Shown piece by piece: positions 55,409 through 63,476 of a DNA stretch of 64,000 bases (its first letter is position 1; every line of letters starts with the position of its first letter). Made by a program: the position numbers and the translations under genes. The notes beneath the pieces are model-generated. The model did no database searches. It was given only the letters and a program-made list of their open reading frames with translations, and was not told the DNA's origin. Where the stretch lies: positions 3,725,858-3,789,857 of the forward strand of contig NZ_CBDIQG010000001.1 of the NCBI RefSeq assembly GCF_965283995.1, given 5' to 3'. The stretch is from Rheinheimera sp. Its GTDB lineage: Bacteria > Pseudomonadota > Gammaproteobacteria > Enterobacterales > Alteromonadaceae.

Positions 55409-56422
55409 ATGGCCTTGGCTTATCTGCAAAAGAATAGCGGGTGGCGTCATTCACTGCTGTGGTCGGTCAGCGGGATCCTGCTGCTGCCGGTACTGGGGTG
55501 TCTGCTGCTGATACCGCTGCGCGAGGCCATCAGTCCGACTGATGTCGCGATGCTGTTGTTATTGTGGATCAGTGCAATGGCTCTGCAGTTTGGCAAAGCA
55601 CCGGCGATGCTGACGACGATCTGGTCGGTGTTATTGCTGAACTGGTGTTTTGTGCCGCCGTATTACACGCTGAACGTGCATGATATCAGTAACTTTATCA
55701 GCTTTTTTGTCATGGCTGCGTTTGGGGTATTTATCAGCTATTTGTCTGATCGTTTGCGTCAGCAACTGCAGACCAGCGCGCAGCAACAACTGCAGGTGGA
55801 ACTGGAACAGCAACGCGCCGTGTTACTGCGCAGTCTGTCACATGATCTACGCACACCACTGGCGACCATCATGGGCGCGTCCAGTATGCTGGCGGATACT
55901 GATTTGCAATTGTCGGCTGAGCAACGGCAGCAACAGGCGCAGAATATCTATCAGCAAAGTCTGCTGCTCAATCAACATTTTGAAAAAGTGCTGGAATTAA
56001 GTAAAGCCCAGCTGATGCGCGATTCGTTGCGGATCAGTGTATTCAGTGCAGATGATTTAATTGCCGGCGCGCTGGCGCGGCGCAGTGACGATGCCGGCTT
56101 AATGCCGGTTTGCCTGCGACCGGAGGGCGCGGCGCAGCAGCTATCCGGCGATTTGGAGTTATTAGAAATGGCGCTGGCGAATTTACTGGAAAATGCCCAT
56201 CGACACGGTGCTCCGCCTTATCAGCTGGTGTTCAGCGCGGCGGACGGGCATTACCAGTTGCGACTGCACAATGCCCCCGGCGAGAAACGTCAGACGCAGC
56301 GCGACAGCGGCACCGGGCTTGGACTACGGATCTGTCAGACTGTCGCGGCACTGCATCGCGGCCGCTTTGTGCTGGAACACAGCGCGAGCGGCGTGACGGC
56401 GTTGCTGGAGTGGCCACAATGA
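55409..56422 (+). CDS. Short KdpD-like sensor histidine kinase (DUF4118 membrane domain + HisKA + HATPase, lacking the N-terminal KdpD/Usp sensor domains)
   Basis: 'LLLNWCFVPPYYTLNVHD' (DUF4118 signature), H-box 'LRSLSHDLRTPLATIMG', N-box 'LANLLENAHRHG' and G-box 'DSGTGLGL'. Only 337 aa. Confidence 0.8.
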   Translation: MALAYLQKNSGWRHSLLWSVSGILLLPVLGCLLLIPLREAISPTDVAMLLLLWISAMALQFGKAPAMLTTIWSVLLLNWCFVPPYYTLNVHDISNFISFFVMAAFGVFISYLSDRLRQQLQTSAQQQLQVELEQQRAVLLRSLSHDLRTPLATIMGASSMLADTDLQLSAEQRQQQAQNIYQQSLLLNQHFEKVLELSKAQLMRDSLRISVFSADDLIAGALARRSDDAGLMPVCLRPEGAAQQLSGDLELLEMALANLLENAHRHGAPPYQLVFSAADGHYQLRLHNAPGEKRQTQRDSGTGLGLRICQTVAALHRGRFVLEHSASGVTALLEWPQ

Positions 56423-57120
56423 AAAGTACCACGCCAACATTAACGCCAGCACAAAATCGGGTCCTGCTGCTGGAAGACGACGCGGGCATGCAGAGTTTTC
56501 TGCAGGCGTTGCTGCAAAGTCAGGGTTATCAGCTACAGATCTGTGCCGAAGGGCTCAGCGGTCTGGAACTGCTGGCGCACCAGCAATTTGACGTGTTGTT
56601 GCTGGATTTGGGTCTACCTGACATCGACGGCATTGAGCTGTTGCGCCAGTTGCGGCAATGGTCCGAGATCCCGGTGATTGTCATTTCGGCCCGCGGCAAA
56701 GAGCAGGACAAAGTAACGGCTCTGGACTGCGGTGCCAACGATTATGTCACCAAGCCGTTCAGCGCCGGCGAACTGCTGGCGCGCTTGCGTGCAGCGCTGC
56801 GACCGCGGCATGGTCACACGCCGGTCCTGGGCTTTGGCACAGTGCGGATTGACCCGGTGCAGCGGTTGGTCCACAAAGATGACGTCGCAGTCCATCTAAC
56901 CAAAACCGAATACGAAATGTTGTTATGTCTGCTGCGTCACGCCGGATCTGCATTGACCCACAACCAGATCCTGACCCAGGTCTGGGGCGCTACTTATCAG
57001 GACAGACCCGAATATATCCGCGTGCATATGGCAGGGCTGCGGCAAAAACTGGAAGACAACCCGGCCGCCCCGCAGCATCTGAAAACTGAAGCCGGCGTCG
57101 GCTACCGCTTGTGTTTGTAA
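56419..57120 (+). CDS. OmpR-family response regulator, KdpE-like
   Basis: ATGA overlap with the kinase stop. 'RVLLLEDD', 'DVLLLDLGLPDIDG', 'DYVTKPF' and winged helix 'LTKTEYEMLLCLL....YIRVHMAGLRQKLE'. Confidence 0.88.
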   Translation: MKSTTPTLTPAQNRVLLLEDDAGMQSFLQALLQSQGYQLQICAEGLSGLELLAHQQFDVLLLDLGLPDIDGIELLRQLRQWSEIPVIVISARGKEQDKVTALDCGANDYVTKPFSAGELLARLRAALRPRHGHTPVLGFGTVRIDPVQRLVHKDDVAVHLTKTEYEMLLCLLRHAGSALTHNQILTQVWGATYQDRPEYIRVHMAGLRQKLEDNPAAPQHLKTEAGVGYRLCL

Positions 57121-57172
57121 CATCACTTCGTTTGCTGGTTATGTACGCCCGTTATGCCATTGTGTGACAGAA

Positions 57173-57186
57173 GTGCGTCAGCGCAC
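57173..57186. promoter_or_regulatory. Palindromic box GTGCG-N4-CGCAC, copy 1 (perfect)
   Basis: 'GTGCGTCAGCGCAC', 79 nt upstream of ATG 57266 (DUF883 operon). 'CATAGT' lies 23-28 nt downstream of the box. Confidence 0.5.
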
Positions 57187-57265
57187 CGAAGTCCTGCGCT
57201 GAAACAGGCATAGTTACAGCTCCTGCCCCGCACTGCTGCGGATCTGGCAGAGTTCTGAGGTAGCT

Positions 57266-57598
57266 ATGCAAACGTCAACCGACCCGCTCAAAATGAATAC
57301 CAGCGCCGATGCCAAAGCATCAGGTTTTAATCATGTGATTGACCAGGCGTCTGCTGCCGCCCATCCGGTAATTGATCAGTTCAGTGTTAAAGCGCATGAC
57401 ACCGTTGATCGGCTGGCCAGCGCCGCCAGTCATAGTGCCGAGAATTTTGATGTACGTTCCGAACAGCTGACTGCTGCCGGGCAACGTCTCGGTAACGCGG
57501 TCAGAGGCCAAATCCGCCGCCGGCCTGTGGCTGTACTTGGCGCTGCTGTGGCCACAGGTTTTGTCATCAGCTGGTTGCTGAAATCCCGTGCCGGCTGA
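57266..57598 (+). CDS. DUF883 (ElaB/YqjD/YgaM) family membrane-anchored stress protein
   Basis: GAGG RBS. C-terminal anchor 'RRRPVAVLGAAVATGFVISWLLKSR' after a helical region. Confidence 0.8.
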   Translation: MQTSTDPLKMNTSADAKASGFNHVIDQASAAAHPVIDQFSVKAHDTVDRLASAASHSAENFDVRSEQLTAAGQRLGNAVRGQIRRRPVAVLGAAVATGFVISWLLKSRAG

Positions 57599-58064
57599 AC
57601 CGGCCGGACCTGCCGATACTCCCGGCGCTGCTCCGGTCCATGCCGCAGCGCCGGGTCTGGTGGATCAGCTGAAAGAGTATCTGCAGCTGATCCGCAGCCA
57701 GTGGCGGCAACAATTGCAGTTACTGACTCTCGAGACACAGCGCGCTGCCGAAAGTCTGGTGGCGATCTGTGTGCTTGGGCTCTTTGCCGCATTGCTGCTG
57801 CTCAGTAGTTGGGTGATTATGCTGTTGTTAGTGTGGACCGGTTTGGCTGCGCTTGGCTGGTCAGCCTGGCAGGGTTTGCTGGTGTTATTGCTATTACAGC
57901 TGCTGGCGCTGGCAATTTGTTTGCGGCAAATCCGTTATCACAGTCACTTTCTGCGTTTTCCGGCGACGTTACAGAGCTGGAGCGAGCATTCATCCGGCGA
58001 CACCGTCAACGGATCTGAACCACCAGCAGAGGCAGCACCATGTCCTTCACATCCAGTCAGTTAA
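57588..58064 (+). CDS. YqjE-like (DUF1469 / holin-3_6 family) membrane protein
   Basis: Gene order after DUF883. 'LLTLETQRAAESLVAICVLGLFAALLLLSSWVIMLLLVW' and a second TM helix. GTG start, uncertain. Confidence 0.6.
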   Translation: MPAEPAGPADTPGAAPVHAAAPGLVDQLKEYLQLIRSQWRQQLQLLTLETQRAAESLVAICVLGLFAALLLLSSWVIMLLLVWTGLAALGWSAWQGLLVLLLLQLLALAICLRQIRYHSHFLRFPATLQSWSEHSSGDTVNGSEPPAEAAPCPSHPVS

Positions 58065-58372
58065 ACCAGCAAATCCAGCGCTGTGCCGGTTCATTGCAAG
58101 CTCGCCGGACCCAGCGCCAACAAGTACAGCACCGGTTGATCGTCCGCTTGAAAACGCCACTGCTACTGGCTGGCGGATTGGTGCTGACCCTGAGTCTGCT
58201 GCAGCACCTGTCGGTCGGCGCTGCCGAAAGACGTAAAGGCAGATCGTCGTGGCTACAACAACTGCCGGTCTGGTTGTTCGCGTTGTGGCAGAGTGCACAG
58301 CATGTGCGTGTTCTGCCACAGCAACGCACCAAGTCGCAGCAACGCGCCGCTGCCAAACAAGTAAACGCATAA
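58040..58372 (+). CDS. YqjK-like protein
   Basis: 'LQARRTQRQQVQHRLIVRLKTPLLLAGGLVL' and its position as the third gene of a yqjD-yqjE-yqjK-type operon. Confidence 0.6.
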   Translation: MSFTSSQLNQQIQRCAGSLQARRTQRQQVQHRLIVRLKTPLLLAGGLVLTLSLLQHLSVGAAERRKGRSSWLQQLPVWLFALWQSAQHVRVLPQQRTKSQQRAAAKQVNA

Positions 58373-58376
58373 AAAA

Positions 58377-58419
58377 ACGGCGGGTGCACAGGTGATTTAC
58401 TATCACCGGCACCCGCCGT
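58377..58419. terminator. Bidirectional terminator hairpin
   Basis: 'aaaaaaACGGCGGGTGC aca GGTGAtttactaTCACC g GCACCCGCCGT' between convergent genes. Confidence 0.7.
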
Positions 58420-58427
58420 CGCAGCGA

Positions 58428-58847
58428 TTAATTCAGGTTGCTGCCGTAAAAGCTATGTAGTGATTTTTCCCATTCCACATCTTTCATATTGGGCCAGTGG
58501 CCTTTGTCAAAACCCGGCGCGTTTTTCAGCCGCTCGGGTGACAAATCCATGACAAAACATTTTTGCAGCGGGTCCAGTTTCAGCATCTTCCAAGGTACGG
58601 CGAACAGTTTCTCGCCGAGGCCAAAGTAAGTACTGAACGACAACACGGCATAGCCGACGCGGCCGGTTTCCACTTCCAACATGATTTCTTTGATGTCACC
58701 CAGGGTTTGACCTGCATGATTCAACACGTTGTTGCCAATCAACGTTTCGGCACCCATCAAATGTGGACCCGGGCCTTGTGCCATTAGCGGCGGGGAAAAC
58801 TGTGGGTTGTTGTAAATGCCATAAATATCGCGTTCGTGATAATTCAT
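58428..58847 (-). CDS. PRC-barrel domain protein (copy 1)
   Basis: 'LIGNNVLNHAGQTLGDIKEIMLEVETGRVGYAVLSFSTYFGLGEKLFAVPWKML'. Confidence 0.8.
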   Translation of the reverse strand: MNYHERDIYGIYNNPQFSPPLMAQGPGPHLMGAETLIGNNVLNHAGQTLGDIKEIMLEVETGRVGYAVLSFSTYFGLGEKLFAVPWKMLKLDPLQKCFVMDLSPERLKNAPGFDKGHWPNMKDVEWEKSLHSFYGSNLN

Positions 58848-59049
58848 CTGATGAACCTTCTGTGGTTGCCGGCGAACCGGGCAGTGACGATAACGCCGCG
58901 TTGGAGCCGCGGGCGGCGGATGTGTCCTGTAATGGACAGTTCATTGAGCATGCGCTGTCAGCGTGCGGTTCTCTGTTCGGCGGAGCACTTATCCCGCCGA
59001 CGGCCGGGCTATTGCGCTGTATGTAAATTAGCCATTACTACGGTATTGA

Positions 59050-59063
59050 GTGCGCCAGCGCAC
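59050..59063. promoter_or_regulatory. Palindromic box GTGCG-N4-CGCAC, copy 2 (perfect)
   Basis: 'GTGCGCCAGCGCAC', 74 nt upstream of ATG 59138 (DUF3309-BON) and 202 nt from the divergent PRC-barrel ATG. Confidence 0.5.
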
Positions 59064-59137
59064 CGATCGTCTGTACTGAACCGGGCACACTTGGGTTATC
59101 CGGGACCTTCTGTGCTCCGGCGCCACGGAGGCCACCC

Positions 59138-59299
59138 ATGTCCATTTCGACAATTTTGCTGATCATTCTGATCTTGTTGTTTCTGGGCGCTCTGCCCACC
59201 TGGCCGCATAGTCGTAGTTGGGGTTACCGCCCCGGCGGAGCCATCGGCATCATGCTGCTGGTGTTGATTGTGCTGCTGCTAACCGGTCGCGCCGGCTGA
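59138..59299 (+). CDS. DUF3309-family small membrane protein (53 aa, below the ORF-track cutoff)
   Basis: GGAG RBS. 'MSISTILLIILILLFLGALPTWPHSRSWGYRPGGAIGIMLLVLIVLLLTGRAG' matches the conserved 'LLGALPTWPYSRGWGY' pattern. Confidence 0.85.
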   Translation: MSISTILLIILILLFLGALPTWPHSRSWGYRPGGAIGIMLLVLIVLLLTGRAG

Positions 59300-59342
59300 T
59301 GCGGCAAGGTGATTTTTTCTGCTAAACCACGGAGTGTATGTG

Positions 59343-59654
59343 ATGAAAACCCATCAAGTTCTGCGTATTTTTCTGTTGACGCTGAGTCTGGCGACCGTTG
59401 CCGGCTGCAGCTCTGAACACAATAAAGAAGGCACTGGTGAGTATCTGGATGACAGCGTGATCACCACCAAAGTGAAAGCCGCGATCCTTGGCGAAAAAAC
59501 GCTCAGCGTTGCCGAAATCAACGTCGAAACTTTTAAAGGCGTGGTGCAGCTCAGCGGCTTTGTCAATTCACAGCAGGATATCAATACCGCGATGCGGCTG
59601 ACGCGCGATGTGGGCGGCGTGCTGTCGGTGAAAAATGATATGCGGGTTAAATAG
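59343..59654 (+). CDS. BON-domain lipoprotein (OsmY-like)
   Basis: GGAG 8 nt upstream of ATG 59343. Lipobox 'LATVAGC'. 'DSVITTKVKAAILGEKTLSVAEINVETFKGVVQLSGFVNSQQDINTAMRLTRDVGGVLSVKNDMRV'. Confidence 0.85.
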   Translation: MKTHQVLRIFLLTLSLATVAGCSSEHNKEGTGEYLDDSVITTKVKAAILGEKTLSVAEINVETFKGVVQLSGFVNSQQDINTAMRLTRDVGGVLSVKNDMRVK

Positions 59655-59747
59655 TCATCCGTGCCGCCGTGACCGTTGCCGCAGGAAAGGCAACGACATG
59701 CTGGCAACCCTGCTACCTGTTTCCTCATGCGTTCAGAAAGGAGTCTT

Positions 59748-60446
59748 ATGCCAGTCGTGATCCCTGCCACTCAAAGACCACAGATCCAGAACCGGCTGCT
59801 GCGACATCTGCCGGAAGCCGAACAAACCGCGTTATTGGCACAGGCGGAGCTGGTGCAACTGGAGTTTGCTGAGGCGCTTTGTCTACCCGACGAACAATAT
59901 CAGCATTTGTATTTCCCGCTGACTGCGTTTATCTCGCTGATCGCCAAACTGCCGGGCCATCCGCCGCTGGAAATGGGCCTGGTCGGCTACGAAGGTATGT
60001 TGGGGGTCACCACATTGCTGCAAACCCGGCAAGTGCCGTCAGAAGCGATAGTGCAGGGCGCAGGCCTCGCCTGGCGCTTCCCGGTTTCGGTGATTGAAAC
60101 TGCGTTGGCGCAAAGTGAGCACTTGGCGCCTTTGCTGCGCGTGTACATGTATCTGTTGTTGCGTCAGCTCAATAAAAACGCGGTGTGCGCCCATTTTCAT
60201 CAGGTGGAAGCACGGTTAGCAAGATGGTTACTGATGAGTCATGACCGGATCCAGACCGACGAATTGTATTTAACCCATCAGTTTCTGGCCGACATGCTCG
60301 GCGTGCGCCGCAGCAGTATCACGGTCGCCGCCGGCGATTTACAGGCCAACGGCATCATTTTGTATAACCGGGGCCGGCTGCATATTCTCGACCGGCAAAG
60401 CCTGCTGGCACGCAGTTGCAGCTGTTATCAGCCTCTGAGTGGTTAG
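59748..60446 (+). CDS. Crp/Fnr-family transcriptional regulator, paralog 1
   Basis: AAGGAG RBS. cNMP-binding-like N-domain and HTH 'THQFLADMLGVRRSSITVAAGDLQANGII'. C-terminal 'CSCY'. Confidence 0.85.
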   Translation: MPVVIPATQRPQIQNRLLRHLPEAEQTALLAQAELVQLEFAEALCLPDEQYQHLYFPLTAFISLIAKLPGHPPLEMGLVGYEGMLGVTTLLQTRQVPSEAIVQGAGLAWRFPVSVIETALAQSEHLAPLLRVYMYLLLRQLNKNAVCAHFHQVEARLARWLLMSHDRIQTDELYLTHQFLADMLGVRRSSITVAAGDLQANGIILYNRGRLHILDRQSLLARSCSCYQPLSG

Positions 60447-60468
60447 AACAACAACTAAACACCGCTAT

Positions 60469-60482
60469 GTGCGTTACCGCAC
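60469..60482. promoter_or_regulatory. Palindromic box GTGCG-N4-CGCAC, copy 3 (perfect; core of a 26-bp perfect palindrome at 60463-60488)
   Basis: 'CGCTATGTGCG ttac CGCACATAGCG', followed by 'ataaatttttt', so it could double as the terminator of paralog 1. It lies 70 nt upstream of ATG 60553. 'TATACT' lies 22-27 nt downstream. Confidence 0.5.
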
Positions 60483-60552
60483 ATAGCGATAAATTTTTTC
60501 TCGTATACTACAGCTGTATCTTTTTAGGTACGCTACCGCATAAGGATCTGCT

Positions 60553-61329
60553 ATGACGATTGACCCGCCGGCAGTTAAAGCTATAACGGAACAACCGAAC
60601 ACCAAAGCTATGCAGCCTCCTCCAGAAGCAAACCGCCTGTTATGTGAACTCCCTGAAGACGTCAAACACCGGATTAACCCACACCTGGAACTGGTGGAAC
60701 TCAAACTGGGTCAGGTGATTGGTGAAGCTGGCTGCAAGATGCGTTACGTGTATTTCCCGGTCGATTCGATCATTTCACTGTTATATGTGATGGAAAATGG
60801 TGCTTCGGCAGAAATAGCCGTCGTTGGCAATGATGGCATGGTCGGTGTGGCGCTATTTATGGGCGGCGAAAGCACCACCAGCCGGGCCGTAGTACAAAGT
60901 GCAGGTTATGCCTACAAGTTGTTTGGTCAGCGCCTGAAAGATGAATTTAACCGCCACGGCGCTTTGTTATATTTGCTGCTGCGTTATAGCCAGGTGTTGT
61001 TAACGCAGATGGCGCAAACGGCGGTGTGTAACCGCCATCATAGTATCGAACAGCAGCTGTGCCGCTGGTTGTTGTTGTCGATAGACCGGCTGCCGAGTGA
61101 TCATTTGCTGATGACGCAGGAACTGATTGCCAATATGCTCGGCGTGCGCCGGGAGGGCGTTACCGACGCTGCCGGTAAACTGCAGCGAATGGGTATCATC
61201 AATTACAGCCGGGGTCATATCGAAGTGGTGAATCGCAAGCTGTTGGAAGACACCTGTTGCGAATGTTACAACGTGGTCAAACATGAATCGGAACGATTAA
61301 TGCCACCGGGGCATTGCGGTAAATTCTAA
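60553..61329 (+). CDS. Crp/Fnr-family transcriptional regulator, paralog 2
   Basis: 'YVYFPVDSIISLLYVMENGASAEIAVVGNDGMVG' and HTH 'TQELIANMLGVRREGVTDAAGKLQRMGII'. C-terminal 'CCECY'. Confidence 0.85.
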   Translation: MTIDPPAVKAITEQPNTKAMQPPPEANRLLCELPEDVKHRINPHLELVELKLGQVIGEAGCKMRYVYFPVDSIISLLYVMENGASAEIAVVGNDGMVGVALFMGGESTTSRAVVQSAGYAYKLFGQRLKDEFNRHGALLYLLLRYSQVLLTQMAQTAVCNRHHSIEQQLCRWLLLSIDRLPSDHLLMTQELIANMLGVRREGVTDAAGKLQRMGIINYSRGHIEVVNRKLLEDTCCECYNVVKHESERLMPPGHCGKF

Positions 61330-61335
61330 TAAGTG

Positions 61336-61378
61336 ACAGAAAAAGAACAGCGGCATTAGCCGCTGTTCTTTTTTCTGT
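61336..61378. terminator. Bidirectional rho-independent terminator
   Basis: 'ACAGAAAAAGAACAGCGGC atta GCCGCTGTTCTTTTTTCTGT'. Confidence 0.85.
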
Positions 61379-61391
61379 CGTGCGGAAGTCG

Positions 61392-62597
61392 TTATTGTAA
61401 CAGCAAGCGAAACAGCACGCGCATATTGGCCATTGCTGCGCTGGAGCGCAGTTCAGACGGCGTATTTTCCACTTCGGCCGGCGACGCTTCGCCATAGCCG
61501 ATACTGGTCAGCCGGGCTGGGGTTAGCCCGCCTTCATTGGTCAGATAGTCCTGCACTGCTTGTGCCCGGCGCTCGCTAAGCTGCTGATTGTAAGCTTCGG
61601 TGCCACTGGCCGAGGTGTAACCGGCTATCTGTACCTGTGTATCCGGTTGTGTTTTTAACGTTGCAACATGCTGCGCCAGAATAGTTTTGGCGGCAGGCGT
61701 CAGCGCAGACTGGTTAAACTCAAAATGTACGTCGGCCAGTTCTATCAATACCGGCGCAGCGTCTGGCGCTGCAGGCGATGGCGCTGGCGGATCGGCGTAC
61801 GGTTCCGGTGCTGCAGTTGGCTCGGGTGCTGCCGTGGGCTCAGCATAAGCGGTGCGCTGACCATATTGGTACACCAGGCCCAGCGACAGCAGCTTCATAT
61901 CGCCCTGGTCGCCCCAGAGATCATCCAGCCGGTAGCGTTCCAGTTCGAGCCGCATGCCCCAATCCGGCGTCAGCTGATATTCCAGACCTGCACCAAATTT
62001 ATGTTTCAGATAGTGCTTACTGCGGTCGTACTGATCCAGATTGATCGGCCGCTGATACTCAAGCCGCGAATCAGTGTCGTTATAGGTCAGACCCAGTCGC
62101 GCCGTGACAGCAAAGGCACTGCCTAATAACATCCGCGCCACCAAATCCAGATTGGCCCCCTGATCACGCAAATGACCAGCGAGCGGATACGTGCTGCCAG
62201 TCGGCGTGGCGGCTGTGACAGCGGAGAAATCCACTTCACCGAGGCGAAAATAACCGCCCTCCAGTGCCAGATAATCATTCAGCGCGAATCCGGCAAACAG
62301 TTTATAGCCGGTGTCATTGGTATTGCGCGACAACGACGCCAGCGGTAAACCTTGCGCCTGCATATCACGTTCAAGTTGTGAGGTATCGAGACTAAGCCGC
62401 GATTCGCCAACACTGGCACCGACATACCAGGAAGGTGTTTCCATCCGGTAGCTGTCGGCCATTACGAGCTGTGGCAAAACTAAAACGCAGCCGCTGCAGA
62501 ACCACAACGCCAGTGTTCGCGGCGTCAACCGTGGGCAAGATGCAACAGATGCGTCAGCGGGCAGTGCCGGGGCGACGCCTTTGGATTGTATTAACAT
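61392..62597 (-). CDS. OmpA-family outer-membrane protein (N-terminal beta-barrel, Pro-rich linker, C-terminal OmpA peptidoglycan-binding domain)
   Basis: Linker 'AEPTAAPEPTAAPEPYADPPAPSPAAPD'. OmpA-C 'FEFNQSALTPAAKTILAQHV....GYTSASGTEAYNQQLSERRAQAVQDYL'. Start at ATG 62597 (GGAG 6 nt upstream). Confidence 0.85.
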   Translation of the reverse strand: MLIQSKGVAPALPADASVASCPRLTPRTLALWFCSGCVLVLPQLVMADSYRMETPSWYVGASVGESRLSLDTSQLERDMQAQGLPLASLSRNTNDTGYKLFAGFALNDYLALEGGYFRLGEVDFSAVTAATPTGSTYPLAGHLRDQGANLDLVARMLLGSAFAVTARLGLTYNDTDSRLEYQRPINLDQYDRSKHYLKHKFGAGLEYQLTPDWGMRLELERYRLDDLWGDQGDMKLLSLGLVYQYGQRTAYAEPTAAPEPTAAPEPYADPPAPSPAAPDAAPVLIELADVHFEFNQSALTPAAKTILAQHVATLKTQPDTQVQIAGYTSASGTEAYNQQLSERRAQAVQDYLTNEGGLTPARLTSIGYGEASPAEVENTPSELRSSAAMANMRVLFRLLLQ

Positions 62598-62661
62598 AAT
62601 CATCTCCAACAAATCCGGACCCGCCTTACGGGGGCGGAACCGGCAATAAACGGGACCGTCT

Positions 62662-62805
62662 CTAACTGCGGGCCTGAAAGACATCAACCAGCAGCAGGAT
62701 CAGCGCAAATACCAATAACGCGTGGATCAGGCTGCCAATCCCTATCGGCGCTAACAGCCCAAGCAGCCACAGCACCAGCAATACCAAAGCGACGGTTCTT
62801 AACAT
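62662..62805 (-). CDS. lmo0937-like small membrane protein (47 aa, below the ORF-track cutoff)
   Basis: GGAG RBS. 'MLRTVALVLLVLWLLGLLAPIGIGSLIHALLVFALILLLVDVFQARS' matches the 'LLVLWLLG....G.LIH.LLV.A' pattern. Confidence 0.75.
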   Translation of the reverse strand: MLRTVALVLLVLWLLGLLAPIGIGSLIHALLVFALILLLVDVFQARS

Positions 62806-62862
62806 GTCAGTTCTCCTATGGGTTGTTGGCCAGCTGACGGCGCGTCCGCGCTGGCCACACTG

Positions 62863-63336
62863 TCAGTCACTGCTGTAAAAGCCATCTACCTTGCGCTGCC
62901 ACTGCGGATCGGCCATCGCCGGCCACAGGGCACGGTCAAAACCCTCCTGACGCTGTAATTCGGTATGTTCAGCTTCAACGCTAAAGTGGCGCTGGTCAGC
63001 ATCCAGCACTAATGCATGCCAGGGCAGGGCGAACAGGCGCGGCGGTGCGACAAACGAACTGGGATAAGCCAGCACTGCATAGCTGATCCGGCCGGTTTTC
63101 AGGTCCAGCACTATGCTGTCTAGCGTGCCTAATATCTCACCGCGATGATTCTTCAGCCGCTGGCCGACCAGCTTTTTACAGCCAAGCAGCAAAGTGTCGG
63201 GATTGTCCGAGTTGACCGGATAAGGCTCGGCCTGCCCGGCATGGATTGCACCATGGTTTGCGGTATTGTGCCGCTGCGGGTTAGCGCCGTAACTGGACCC
63301 TGGTGCTGATAAGGTGGCTTTGTGGTGTTTGTTCAT
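62863..63336 (-). CDS. PRC-barrel domain protein (copy 2)
   Basis: AGGAG 7 nt upstream of ATG 63336. 'LVGQRLKNHRGEILGTLDSIVLDLKTGRISYAVLAYPSSFVAPPRLFALPWHAL'. Confidence 0.8.
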   Translation of the reverse strand: MNKHHKATLSAPGSSYGANPQRHNTANHGAIHAGQAEPYPVNSDNPDTLLLGCKKLVGQRLKNHRGEILGTLDSIVLDLKTGRISYAVLAYPSSFVAPPRLFALPWHALVLDADQRHFSVEAEHTELQRQEGFDRALWPAMADPQWQRKVDGFYSSD

Positions 63337-63398
63337 CGGACGCTCCTGTGTCATGACATTCACTCCCTGCAACATGGCGGGTTTATCTGCGTTGATCT

Positions 63399-63412
63399 GT
63401 GCGCTGCAGCAC
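63399..63412. promoter_or_regulatory. Palindromic box, copy 4 (9/10)
   Basis: 'GTGCGCTGCAGCAC', 62 nt upstream of the minus-strand ATG 63336. Confidence 0.4.
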
Positions 63413-63476
63413 CCAGTCCGTAAAAGCCCCGGCAACAACCCCGATTTGCTAACAGCATTGCCACAATTGATGCCAT

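Noticed and set aside
56110-56418. 103-codon N-terminal extension of the response-regulator ORF
   Set aside because: It lies entirely inside the histidine-kinase gene in another frame. ATG 56419 overlaps the kinase stop (ATGA) and gives a canonical receiver-domain N-terminus.
57588-58064. A 'holin-family' membrane protein as evidence of a prophage
   Set aside because: The gene sits in a yqjD-yqjE-yqjK-type operon with DUF883 and YqjK-like genes. There are no phage structural, lysis or integrase genes nearby.
58951-58963. Palindrome CGCTG-T-CAGCG about 100 nt upstream of PRC-barrel gene 1 as another operator
   Set aside because: It occurs once, differs in sequence and geometry from the recurrent GTGCG-N4-CGCAC box, and has no partner sites.
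60463-60488. Interpreting the 26-bp perfect palindrome purely as the rho-independent terminator of Crp/Fnr paralog 1
   Set aside because: This is not fully rejected, since a T-run follows and it may also terminate transcription. However, its core is identical to boxes that are not terminators and sit at the same distance from start codons, so I report it as a candidate operator with this caveat.
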